A model generated the notes under the pieces. The model saw nothing but the letters and a program-made list of their open reading frames with translations, was not told where the DNA came from and made no database searches. This document shows, piece by piece, positions 1 through 9,100 of a stretch of DNA of 40,911 nt (its first letter is position 1; the number at the start of each line of letters is the position of its first letter). The position numbers and the translations under genes were made by a program. Source of the stretch: an uncultured Candidatus Saccharibacteria bacterium (GTDB lineage: Bacteria > Patescibacteriota > Minisyncoccia > 2-02-FULL-40-12 > IGHO2-12-FULL-4); NCBI GenBank assembly GCA_964479745.1, contig CAYZNJ010000002.1:1-40911 (forward strand), read 5' to 3'.

Positions 1-1468
1 TTGACGAGAGGGTAGTCGTGGTGGCTGGTAGTGTTGTTGTAGGAGACAAGGTCGTGGTAGTAGTGGACGGTATAGTTGTAGTCGTGGTTGGCGGGAGAGT
101 GGTGGTGGTACTAGATTCTTTATATACAGTAACAATTTTAGTTTTAACTTCTTTTCCGACTGGATTGGTAATTTTTAGAGAATAAGCGGTATCTGATTTG
201 AGTTTGTCAGTTTCAGCAGTACCGGTGGCGTTACCACTGCCATCTAATGCAATAACTTTGTTATCAAAATTAGAGTCAACGGGAGAAGATGTAATTACGG
301 CGGAAGTTGCGGCCGTAACTGACCAAATCAAATTGGTACTTTTGTTTTTTTGGACAGAGGTGTCGGTCGAAGTTAAACTGCCGGCCATGATATTATAAGC
401 AAGCGAAATGTCCTGGGAAGAATTATCCGCGTTAATATCAGTAATACGCAAACCACAGTTTGTTAACTTGCCGGCTATCGTCGGCATGTCTACACTAATA
501 CTGACCGGCTGAACGCCTCCTGCGGGAATAATGCCGGAAGATGGCGTACCATGACACCAGGGACCAGTGCCGGTTTGACTGATAGACCATTCAGATTGGG
601 CCTGGCCAGAATTGGTGATGGTCATATTCTGACCGGAAGGCGTTACAGGATCAGCAATGCCATAAAAAGTAAAAGCGGTTTGAGAAAGGGAAATATGCGA
701 GCCAAGAACTTGGAATTGGGCGTAATCATTGGCTGACCCATCTCCATTTGTAGCTGTAGCATCGTATGTGTATATGCCTGGCTTATGAAAAACTACGGTT
801 TGAACTTGAGAGCCAGCCGTTGAGGGTAGGTATGCGGGTGCAAGATATCCACCCGCCAACTGAACATCCAAATTTTGATATTCACATGAAGGAAAGTTTG
901 GTTGCGGAGTTGGCAGTTCGGGCCAGGAGTTCACGGTCCAGGAGTCAACATTATTGATTCCGCATCTGATTCTCCAATTAACCTGATGTTGAGTGCCGGC
1001 TAAAACGGTTACCGGCCTGCAAGTATTAGTGGGGTAAAACCCGGAGGAGTTTTTCGAAGTAAACTCAGGATGGCAGGTAAACGCTCCGTCCAAATCAATG
1101 TACATAGCGGGAGGGGTAGGGACATAAACCATATTGGAACTGTCCACTACATATATATCGGATTCTATAAATTTTCCAGAACCTGTCTCGGGTTCATATC
1201 TTGAAAATATAACTTGGTAGGTTGTACCGGCAGTAATCGTACATCCCCCTTCTTCAAAATCGTAGTCCGCAGTATAGAAGGCATCATATGTAATGCTGGT
1301 GGGCTCAGTACGGTGCCATGTGATTGGGTAAGTATGTGGACGAGACACGCACCCTCCCCCCAAATATATCCAATACCCAGCCAAGGCCGGATTGGGAAAA
1401 ACCAAAAACAACAACGGCAATACTATCAAAAATGAAAAATGAAAGAATAGTACTCGCTTGGATGCCAT
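1..1468 (-). CDS. Secreted protein, N-terminus complete and C-terminus cut by the window edge; signal peptide plus C-terminal Thr-rich linker
   Basis: Absent from the ORF track because it has no stop in the window. Minus-strand ATG at 1468..1466 gives MASKRVLFFHFSFLIVLPLLFLVFPNPALA..., a signal-like N-terminus. I checked every minus-strand codon in this frame by hand (plus-strand triplets starting at 2,5,8...) and found no TTA/CTA/TCA down to position 2, so 489 codons are open. The last codons read ..KESSTTTTLPPTTTTTIPSTTTTTLSPTTTLPATTTTLSS. Confidence 0.8.
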   Translation of the reverse strand, partial: MASKRVLFFHFSFLIVLPLLFLVFPNPALAGYWIYLGGGCVSRPHTYPITWHRTEPTSITYDAFYTADYDFEEGGCTITAGTTYQVIFSRYEPETGSGKFIESDIYVVDSSNMVYVPTPPAMYIDLDGAFTCHPEFTSKNSSGFYPTNTCRPVTVLAGTQHQVNWRIRCGINNVDSWTVNSWPELPTPQPNFPSCEYQNLDVQLAGGYLAPAYLPSTAGSQVQTVVFHKPGIYTYDATATNGDGSANDYAQFQVLGSHISLSQTAFTFYGIADPVTPSGQNMTITNSGQAQSEWSISQTGTGPWCHGTPSSGIIPAGGVQPVSISVDMPTIAGKLTNCGLRITDINADNSSQDISLAYNIMAGSLTSTDTSVQKNKSTNLIWSVTAATSAVITSSPVDSNFDNKVIALDGSGNATGTAETDKLKSDTAYSLKITNPVGKEVKTKIVTVYKESSTTTTLPPTTTTTIPSTTTTTLSPTTTLPATTTTLSS

Positions 1469-1475
1469 AAAAATA

Positions 1476-1964
1476 TTAACGGGCAATGTCATATATCGCT
1501 AATCGCGGATAATAAGTAATAACTAAGACGCCCGCAACAACTGCTTTAGCCGGAAAAGAAAAAGATACACGTGAATAGTTCTTGACATAAGAAACCAGTT
1601 TAGAGGAACCTCTTGATGATGCCAGACTTTCCTCCTTCCAACCCATCGCGATCATGTTTTCGGCGGCTTTTTTCAAAAGCTGATCAGGAGACTGCTTGCT
1701 GGAGAAAACACGCACCAAAGCCCATCCGTCTTTTGCCGGCATAATTCCAGGTGGTAGCTCAGTTGCATTAGGATCAATCAAGGCTTCTCTCGGGAATGTT
1801 ACCATTTGTTCGTTGATAAATTGTTGCGGCAATGCAGCATCCCATAATGTGATCTTTTGACCTTTTTTGATGAGGTAAAGAGCAAAACCCAAGATAAACA
1901 CAGCACATACCAGAGCAACTACAAAAATCCTGAAAGACACTGGCAAATTTTTTATTGTTTCCAT
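1476..1964 (-). CDS. Hypothetical membrane-anchored protein (single N-terminal TM helix)
   Basis: 162-aa ORF with hydrophobic stretch FRIFVVALVCAVFILGFALYLI near the N-terminus. It ends 7 nt before the next minus-strand start. No recognisable motifs. Confidence 0.55.
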   Translation of the reverse strand: METIKNLPVSFRIFVVALVCAVFILGFALYLIKKGQKITLWDAALPQQFINEQMVTFPREALIDPNATELPPGIMPAKDGWALVRVFSSKQSPDQLLKKAAENMIAMGWKEESLASSRGSSKLVSYVKNYSRVSFSFPAKAVVAGVLVITYYPRLAIYDIAR

Positions 1965-2081
1965 TCCGTTTGACTAATATTTTTACTTATTTTAATTGCA
2001 ATATTTTAATTTTAGCACAAAAAACAACCCTCAAAAATAAGTTATAAACACAGCATTTAATCAATACAATATAGAATCCAG

Positions 2082-3395
2082 TTAGTGCAAGAAGGTTTTT
2101 GCGCTAGATTTTTTTGATAACAAAGAGGGTAGGTCGTTAATTGAAATTCTCTCTTGCTTTGTAGTATCCCGGTCTCGCACGGTAACTTTTTTATCTTCAA
2201 GAGAGTCAAAATCAAAGGTTATGCAAAAAGGCGTACCGATTTCATCTTGGCTGTAATAGCGCTTGCCGATATTTCCCCTGTCGTCCCAAGCCACGCGAAA
2301 ATCTTCTCTTAAATCATCAAAAACTTCTCTGGCTTTTTTAACCAGTTCCGGTTTATTGGCAACCAAGGGAAAAACTGCGACTTGATATGGCGCTAGTTTT
2401 GGATGCAATTTCAAAACAACTTTATCTTCGTCCTCGCAGTAAGCGTCCAAAAGGAAGAACAGGGCAGCCCTGTCAACTCCGCCTGAAGTTTCAATAACCC
2501 ACGGCGTGTACTCTGTGTTAGTTTCCGGATCTTTGTATTTCAAATTATGCCGGCTCAAGTCCCAATCGCCCCGATGATGTATGCCTTCAAATTCTTTCCA
2601 GCCGAAAGGCGAGTTATACTCTATGTCTTCCGCCATGCGAGCATAGTGGGCAAGTTCGTTATCGGCATGTTTGCGGAATCTTAAATTCTCCGGCCTAATG
2701 CCTAAACTTTTATACCAGTCTAATCTTTGATTTTTCCAATAGTCAAAAACTTTCTCCGCTTCTTTTTCATCGGGCTTAACAAAGTACTCCAATTCCATCT
2801 GTTCAAACTCCCGGCTGCGGAAAGTAAAGTTACCCGGCGTGATTTCATTGCGAAAGGCTTTGCCGATCTGGCCAATGCCAAAAGGAACTTTTACCCGGCT
2901 CGAAGAAACTACATTGGCAAAGTTTACGAAAACGCCTTGAGTAATTTCACCGCGCAAATAGGTTTTCTCTTTCGGCTCGGTAACGCCCAGATAGACTTCG
3001 GTCAAAAGATTAAAGGTTTTGGCTTCGGTCCACTCAACTTTTTCTTTATGCTCGCTTTCATGTTCTTTAAGTTTATCTTCCTGGTCTGCCCGGACTCTTT
3101 TGTGGCAGATTTTACATTCCACCAAAGGATCAACCAAACTTTTGGTGTGACCGGAAGCTTCCCAGACCTGCGGATTCATAATTATCGCGGCGTCCAGACC
3201 AACCACATCGTCTCTCCTGTAAACCATATCCCGCCACCACATTTTTTTGATATTATTTTTTAGTTCAACGCCCAACGGCCCGTAATCCCAAAAACCGGTT
3301 AAACCTCCGTAAATCTCTGATCCCGGAAAAATAAAACCCCGCCTTTTGCAAAGCGAAACAACTTTTTCCAGCAAATTGTCATTGTTTTTTGTCAT
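2082..3395 (-). CDS. glyQS: Glycine--tRNA ligase (class II, alpha2 type)
   Basis: 437 aa. The N-terminus RGFIFPGSEIYGGLTGFWDYGPLGVELKNNIKKMWW is the hallmark GlyRS opening. Class II core FRNEITPGNFTFRSREFEQMELEYF is present, as is the C-terminal anticodon-binding part QVAVFPL...GKRYYSQDEIGTPFCITFD. Confidence 0.95.
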   Translation of the reverse strand: MTKNNDNLLEKVVSLCKRRGFIFPGSEIYGGLTGFWDYGPLGVELKNNIKKMWWRDMVYRRDDVVGLDAAIIMNPQVWEASGHTKSLVDPLVECKICHKRVRADQEDKLKEHESEHKEKVEWTEAKTFNLLTEVYLGVTEPKEKTYLRGEITQGVFVNFANVVSSSRVKVPFGIGQIGKAFRNEITPGNFTFRSREFEQMELEYFVKPDEKEAEKVFDYWKNQRLDWYKSLGIRPENLRFRKHADNELAHYARMAEDIEYNSPFGWKEFEGIHHRGDWDLSRHNLKYKDPETNTEYTPWVIETSGGVDRAALFFLLDAYCEDEDKVVLKLHPKLAPYQVAVFPLVANKPELVKKAREVFDDLREDFRVAWDDRGNIGKRYYSQDEIGTPFCITFDFDSLEDKKVTVRDRDTTKQERISINDLPSLLSKKSSAKTFLH

Positions 3396-3413
3396 GACAT
3401 TTCAAAAAGCGCA

Positions 3414-3561
3414 GCAGATACAGCCCTTGAGGTCACTGTGAGCTCGCGGTTGGCTAGGTTGGAAGGAGTATAATGTTTCTTTAACTCCTTCCGCAACCCG
3501 AGCGAACAGTGAGTGAGCCTGCCGCTGGAGCAGGCGAAAGTACCGAAAGGGCTGTATCTGC
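3414..3561 (+). repeat. Structured intergenic element, copy A of a 3-member family (short version)
   Basis: 15-bp perfect closing stem GCAGATACAGCCCTT (3414-3428) / AAGGGCTGTATCTGC (3547-3561). Internal hairpins are GGAAGGAGT-loop-ACTCCTTCC (3461-3492) and CCTGC-CGCTGGA-GCAGG (3518-3534). The same loop and architecture occur in copies B and C with different stems. Confidence 0.75.
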
Positions 3562-3577
3562 GAAGCTTGAATAATGA

Positions 3578-5353
3578 CTATTCAACCACACTCCCCTGCC
3601 CGGGGAAATCAACCAAATCGTCAGTGGTAATATCTTTAACCTTAACCGAAATCGCCTGCTTGGTAAAGGTGTCTTCGCCATCCATAAAAGTGTCCTGCAT
3701 CAGCTTAATCGTCTGGCCGACATTGTTGCTTGAAGGCGTAAAAGAAATCTGGAACCATGCTTGATATTTAGGAAACTGGTTGCCGACTCCGGACGGCAAG
3801 GCTCCTAAGTCCCAAACAACCTCTCTTGAACCCGTCTTAAACGAAGGCGCAGGTAATTGACCACTGGCTCTAGCTTTGTTTTCCCAGTTTGTCCCCACCG
3901 GCAAAACACCCTTAACCCTAATTTTTGAAAACTCGCCGGAAGAGTTGCTGACCTCCCACAAAACAGTATAAAAAGTTTTTTTGTTAACTTTCGGGGGTAT
4001 GGGACCGGTATTACCAAAGGTCTCATCTTTGTAAAAAGCTGTCTGGCTTAAAACCGGCAGTGAGGCAATTTTGGTAACCAGTTCTGACTCGGCCGTCAAT
4101 TTTTCCAAATCAAAACCGGCGGGCACCGTTGCTGTTTCAGCCTTTGCGCTAACCTTAATTACAAAATCTTTTGCGCCCAGGCCGCTGCCCGCAAAATTGC
4201 TTTTTAGTTTGACTCTAAAGTTTACCGCGCCTTCTTGGCGCGCCGCTAACCTGTTTAAAAGAGGCGAGACAGAAGCGTTCCAAGTAACTGTTCTGGAAGA
4301 GCTTTCAAAAAATCCGTCGCTTAGCAAACTGGATAAGTCAAACATTGAACCATCTAGTTTAACTGAAACGGTTATGCCCAAAAGACTGACATCCGTGTTG
4401 TTGGCAAATTTAATTTCATAATTTAACTCATCTCCCGGCTGAGCGATGTAGTTACTTTTGCCGTTGACCGAAATTTTAGTTGATAACGGCGGAGTTGAAA
4501 TGACAGTGGTTGAAGAGGCTTTTTCATAGTCAATAAATATGCCGTCAACTTTTCTCTGCAAAACAACAGCGACCTGCTTGCTTTCTCTTTCGGAACCTCG
4601 CAAGGTTCCGAAAACAGAAATTCTTTTTCCTTCTCCTGATTTTATGCTCTTTATGTCCCAGATGTTTGGACTAACGGAAGGCAAAGGGTCGGTTCGAGTT
4701 TGGCTAAAACCGTCGGGATATGCAAATTTAAGTTTCAAGTCAGACAAGTCTTCCGGCGACTCGTTCCGGTAATCCAAAAGGTAAGCAACTTCTTGTCCGG
4801 AAACCGTGTTCGGCGGAGCAACCAAAGTCAAAGAAACCGCCAAAGAACTTATGTTAGTAGCCAAAGTGGCTTCTTTCTCAAAAGTTGACCGCACTTTTTC
4901 CGGAGAGTAAACCAGCAGAGAGCGGGCTTTTTTTATATCGCCCCGATCCCCCACCAGATAAGCGGAAAACTCAACTTTGTTACTTTGTCCCGAACCCAAA
5001 TCAGGCAGTTTGATGTTCTCTGTTAAAAATTGGCTGACTTGGCCGTCTTTTACTACGACCGACTCGGGTGGATAAAAAAAGGTTAACTTAAGGTCCCGAA
5101 GCATTTCTTTGTTGTTGTTTGAATACTCAACTTCGTAGCTAACTTTCTCGCCCGAGGAAGTTTCCACCGGCCCGTTAATTTTAAACTCCACACCGCCTTC
5201 GCTGAAAGAAGACCGGTAAAAGAAAAATAAAATCAAACCGCCGGCAATAAAAATCAGGGCTAAAACAAAAACCAAAACTAGCCATTTTTTACTTTTTCTG
5301 CCAGCCATTTTGGGTTGGGACTGGAAGTTAAGAGGAGTAATCTCAAAATCCAT
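3578..5353 (-). CDS. Large membrane-anchored or secreted protein with repeated beta-sandwich-like segments (hypothetical)
   Basis: 591-aa ORF with N-terminal TM WLVLVFVLALIFIAGGLILFFFY. It has recurring segments of similar style (..GEKVSYEVEYSNNN.., ..GQEVAYLLDYRNES.., ..GDELNYEIKFANNT..), which suggests tandem Ig/CARDB/DUF11-like repeats. The family assignment is not verified. Confidence 0.7.
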   Translation of the reverse strand: MDFEITPLNFQSQPKMAGRKSKKWLVLVFVLALIFIAGGLILFFFYRSSFSEGGVEFKINGPVETSSGEKVSYEVEYSNNNKEMLRDLKLTFFYPPESVVVKDGQVSQFLTENIKLPDLGSGQSNKVEFSAYLVGDRGDIKKARSLLVYSPEKVRSTFEKEATLATNISSLAVSLTLVAPPNTVSGQEVAYLLDYRNESPEDLSDLKLKFAYPDGFSQTRTDPLPSVSPNIWDIKSIKSGEGKRISVFGTLRGSERESKQVAVVLQRKVDGIFIDYEKASSTTVISTPPLSTKISVNGKSNYIAQPGDELNYEIKFANNTDVSLLGITVSVKLDGSMFDLSSLLSDGFFESSSRTVTWNASVSPLLNRLAARQEGAVNFRVKLKSNFAGSGLGAKDFVIKVSAKAETATVPAGFDLEKLTAESELVTKIASLPVLSQTAFYKDETFGNTGPIPPKVNKKTFYTVLWEVSNSSGEFSKIRVKGVLPVGTNWENKARASGQLPAPSFKTGSREVVWDLGALPSGVGNQFPKYQAWFQISFTPSSNNVGQTIKLMQDTFMDGEDTFTKQAISVKVKDITTDDLVDFPGQGSVVE

Positions 5354-5372
5354 ATTGTTGAGGTAGACGAAT

Positions 5373-5912
5373 CTATTTTACCACAGCTTCAATAAACTGT
5401 AACGAATAAAACCGGCGGGAACTCAAAGAAGCCAGAAAATCATTGACTTCCCTTTCTCCCAAACTTCCGGAATAGCCCAAAACTTTAACAAACTCTTTTT
5501 TCAGGTCAGCAAAGAAAACTTCTAGATTGCCGTTAAAAAACTGGCTCTTGTCAAGAGCGTTCAATTTTTTCAGCAAAAAATCCCAAAGCCCAGGGTCTTT
5601 ATCGTGGTCATAAACCAAGCTGTCAATCGCCTCCAAAATAAAGCTCGCCAAAGCATTTTTAGACAATGAAGACTTAATGCCGGAAAAAGTTTCAAGACTT
5701 TGGGCGCTGGTAATAATCGGATAATTTTTGCCGGCAACAAAAATAAAGTCAACCAAATTTAAAACGTCAAGATGGCCGGCTTGTTTTGAGGTATTTTTTT
5801 TAACGCTTTTGGCGATAGCAGTCAGTTTACCTAACTCCTTGGTATATAAGGTAACCAGCTGGTTATGCTCTCCGCTGTCAGTTTTTTTTATTACAATCCC
5901 TTGATATAGCAT
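5373..5912 (-). CDS. recO: DNA repair protein RecO (short form, no obvious Zn finger)
   Basis: 179 aa. The N-terminal pattern YQGIVIKKTDSGEHNQLVTLYTKELGKLTAIAKSVKKNTSKQAGHLD matches the RecO OB-fold consensus (G-I-V-L...GE...v.l.T...GK...iAKG.rk..Sk). The C-terminal part ends ..FVKVLGY, as in RecO. Confidence 0.65.
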   Translation of the reverse strand: MLYQGIVIKKTDSGEHNQLVTLYTKELGKLTAIAKSVKKNTSKQAGHLDVLNLVDFIFVAGKNYPIITSAQSLETFSGIKSSLSKNALASFILEAIDSLVYDHDKDPGLWDFLLKKLNALDKSQFFNGNLEVFFADLKKEFVKVLGYSGSLGEREVNDFLASLSSRRFYSLQFIEAVVK

Positions 5913-5938
5913 GGGGGAATAAATACGGATTAATCTTA

Positions 5939-6120
5939 GTTTAGTTATTTTCCGTCGAATATGGCCGAGCAGTGCAAATAAACAAAGGTTTTAGAAATCT
6001 CGGTCGGCAACAAAAATTAGGAGGGATGGTTTCGACCGGTCACCTAATTTTTGTCGACGAGATGAGAAAATCAAGTATTATTTGCCTGCGAGGTCCATCT
6101 CGTAAGGAAAGTAACTAGAC
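5939..6120. repeat. 182-nt nearly continuous imperfect hairpin element (element D)
   Basis: Nested arm pairs: GTTTAGTTATTTTCC (5939-5953) / GGAAAGTAACTAGAC (6106-6120); TGCAAATAA / TTATTTGC; AAATCTCGGTCGGCAACAAAAATTAGG (5995-6021) / CCTAATTTTTGTCGACGAGATGAG (6043-6066). The apex contains GGT-TTCG-ACC. Arm mismatches are mostly T/C, i.e. G-U pairs if the plus strand is the RNA. Confidence 0.7.
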
Positions 6121-6129
6121 TGAGATTTA

Positions 6130-9100
6130 TTATTTTTTGATCCCTAGCCAAATTTTCTTTTGCGGCGCCAGTTCAAACTCTTTTTGAATGTCAAAAACTT
6201 TATCGCCTTCCGCATGAGCCAAAGAAAAATCTTTCAGCAAGGCATTCTTTTTTATAAATTCTTCCCAACTCGCCACTGCATTTTTAAGCTCCCCGTCTTC
6301 AGTATGCCACTGGCAAAAAACTTTTTCGTTAAAGCGGTAACCTGCTTCTTTTCTCATATCCTGAACCTGCCGAAGCAACTCCCTGGCCCAGCCCTCTTGA
6401 AGCAGTTCTAAGGTCAACCTGTCATCAATAGTAATTTCTTCTTCCTGTTTCGGATCGTATTTTAAGTTTTTTACGTTCAGTTCGTCTTTAATCAATGTTT
6501 CAAGTTCTTCCGCCAATTTTTCGCTTCTCTTTACAACCGCGCTAGCCAAAGGCTGTCTGACTTTGATTTGTTTGTTTTTTCTGTAAGCCAAGCCGAGAGC
6601 GACAAATTTCCTGACTTCTTCCATGTCTTGGATAAGTTTATAATTTATAGTTTTTAGTTTATAGTCCTTTGAAGATGGGTAGTTGTGAAAATGAACGCTC
6701 TCGGTCACAGCCGACGCACCTTTGTGGAGGTCATGGTGAAGTTTTTCGGCAATAAAAGGCGTAAAAGGCGCAATAATTTTTGCAATTTCCAGCAACAAAA
6801 ACCTTAACAAAGCCAAAGATTCTTTAAGAGACTCTTCCGACTCCGGCCTTTGGAACTTAATTCTTGACCTTCTCAACCACCATTTGGAAAAATCCTCTGT
6901 GACAAAACTTTCAATTGCCCGCGTAGCGGTAGTCGGATCATATTCATCCATAGATTTGGCAACGACTTCGGTTGTTTGGTTCAAACGGCTAAAAATCCAC
7001 TGATCCAGCAGGCTTGCTGGTTTAGTTTTGTGGAAATTAACCGTAAAATTTTTGTTATCCAGATTATACAATTCAAAAAACCTGAATGAGTTCCATAAAA
7101 TCATAACAAAACCCCGCAAACGCAAAGCCACTTCATCTAAAGAGAAGAGTTTAGTCTCGCCCGGATTATTTACCGAGTAAAAGTACCAGCGCACCGCGTC
7201 AACGCCGAATTTATCCATCACCATCCAAGGATCAACCACATTGCCCTTGGACTTAGACATCTTTTGCCCTTTTTCGTCTAAAACATGGCTGTAAGAAAGC
7301 ACATTTTTGTAAGCCGGGCCTTCGCCAAGCAAAGTTGAGACAGCTAGCAAGGTGTAAAACCAGCCCCGGGTCTGGTCTATAGCTTCGGCAATAAAATCTG
7401 CCGGAAATGCCGACCCAATCTTATTTCTATTTTCAAACGGATAATGCCATTGGGCGTAAGGCATGGCGCCAGAATCAAACCAGACATCGGCCACTTCTTT
7501 AATTCTCTGCATCTTGCCCTTGCAACTGGGACAACTTAAAAACACTTCGTCAATATAAGGACGGTGCGGATTTGCCCGGCCGCTTTCATCCCAAGGCAAG
7601 TTTTTAAGCTCCGCTTTATAAAATTTGCCTTTTTGGGGATACAGGTCTCTTTGTTCGTTGTTAACCACCCTAAGTAATTTTTCATCCGGCCAGCCGAACA
7701 AACTGCCGCTAAGCACCGCCAGCGGATCGCCATGGCTGACAATCAAAATATTTTTGCCTTCATGCTTTTTGTCTGTCTCCAGCATGAAGTTAATCATCCT
7801 CTTTTGAACATCGCCCCAGCTTTCACCGTCGCCGAATTTGTAATCCAAACTGGTAACAGGTTTTGGATGCTGTGCCAAGCAAAAAGATTCGCTCCTGCCC
7901 TCGCAAATACTTCCATGGCTTATTTCGCGCAGTCTTTCGTCAAAGTAAATTTTTGCGCCGGTAGACTTACTCACGATTTCCGCCGTTTCTTTGGTCCTTA
8001 AGAATGGAGAGGAGTAAATAGCATCTACTCCGTCTTTTTTCAATTTCATCGCCTCCCGTTCAACTTCTTTTCTTCCTTCGTCAGCAAGAGGGTATTTGTC
8101 ATTTTCCAGCTTGGTGTTTATTATCTTGTCAGAGTTCTTGACGCTAAAGCCGTGGCGCATAAAAAAATAGTTGTTTTTCTTTCGCCAGCGGTGTTTCTCT
8201 AAGTCTTCAAAGGAACCGACAACCTGCTGATGGCCGTTGGCGCATTCCCAAATAGGCAAAGGGGTGCCCCAGTATCTCTCTCTTGAAATCGCCCAATCCT
8301 TTACTCCCCTCAACCACTCGCCAAATCTGCCCTCTTTTAAATGCTCCGGATACCAATTAACTTTCTGGTTGTTTTTTATAAGTTTCTTGTCCAGCTTTGA
8401 CATGCCGATAAACCACGAGTCAGTGGCATAGTACAAAAGAGGCGTTCCACACCGCCAGCAAAAAGGATAATCATGCTCATATTTTTCTTCTTTAAACAGC
8501 AACCCTTTTGACTTCAAATAGTCTAAGATCCTAGCTTCAGTTTCCGGGTCTTTAACAAGTCTGCCGGCTAGTTCTGAAACGTCTTGAGTAAATTTGCCAG
8601 TTTGGTCCACGGTGTGGTGGCGAGGCAATCCAATTTTCAAGCCTAGATTGTAGTCGTCCTCGCCGTACATCACCGCCGTATGCACCACGCCTGTACCGTC
8701 TTCCGTAGTCACAAAATCCGCCGGATAAATTTTGTAAGATTTTTCCGACTTTAATTTTGGTATCTCAAAAAGAGACTCGTATTCCAAGCCAATAAGGTCT
8801 TTGCCACTAACGCTATGAACCCGTTCCACCGTATGGCCCTCAAAAACTTTGTTAACTAGATCTTCTGCAACTATCAAAAGCTCTTTTATTCCGTCTACTC
8901 TCACGGCGGCATATTTTATTTTTTCCCCGACAGCCAAAGCTACATTGCCAGGCAAAGTCCAGGGGGTTGTCGTCCAAGATAAAATATAAAAATCTTGAAC
9001 CGGAGCGAGCACCTCTTTTGAAGCTGGTCGGCGACAAGTCCGACCCAAAAAAGAGGCGCTTGCGGAGGTTAATTTAAATTTTATAAATACGGAACCTTCT

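Noticed and set aside
2727-3263. Long antisense ORFs in the track. Examples: 2727-3263 opposite glyQS, 12100-12579 opposite htrA, 27340-27776 opposite the ATP-grasp gene, 39660-40040 opposite the 136-aa gene, and 36029-36481 opposite gyrA.
   Set aside because: Each lies entirely inside a gene with clear family motifs on the other strand. Their translations are low-complexity or lack any recognisable pattern, so they are shadow ORFs.
3481-3764. Track ORFs 3481-3681 (minus strand) and 3513-3764 (plus strand).
   Set aside because: They overlap the structured element A and the 3' end of the 591-aa gene, and have no start context or motifs. I treat them as artefacts.
5939-6120. Element D as a 6S RNA (similar length, long hairpin).
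   Set aside because: 6S RNA needs a large central bubble mimicking an open promoter. D is almost continuously paired, with only small internal loops, so the architecture does not fit. I cannot exclude it without a covariance model.
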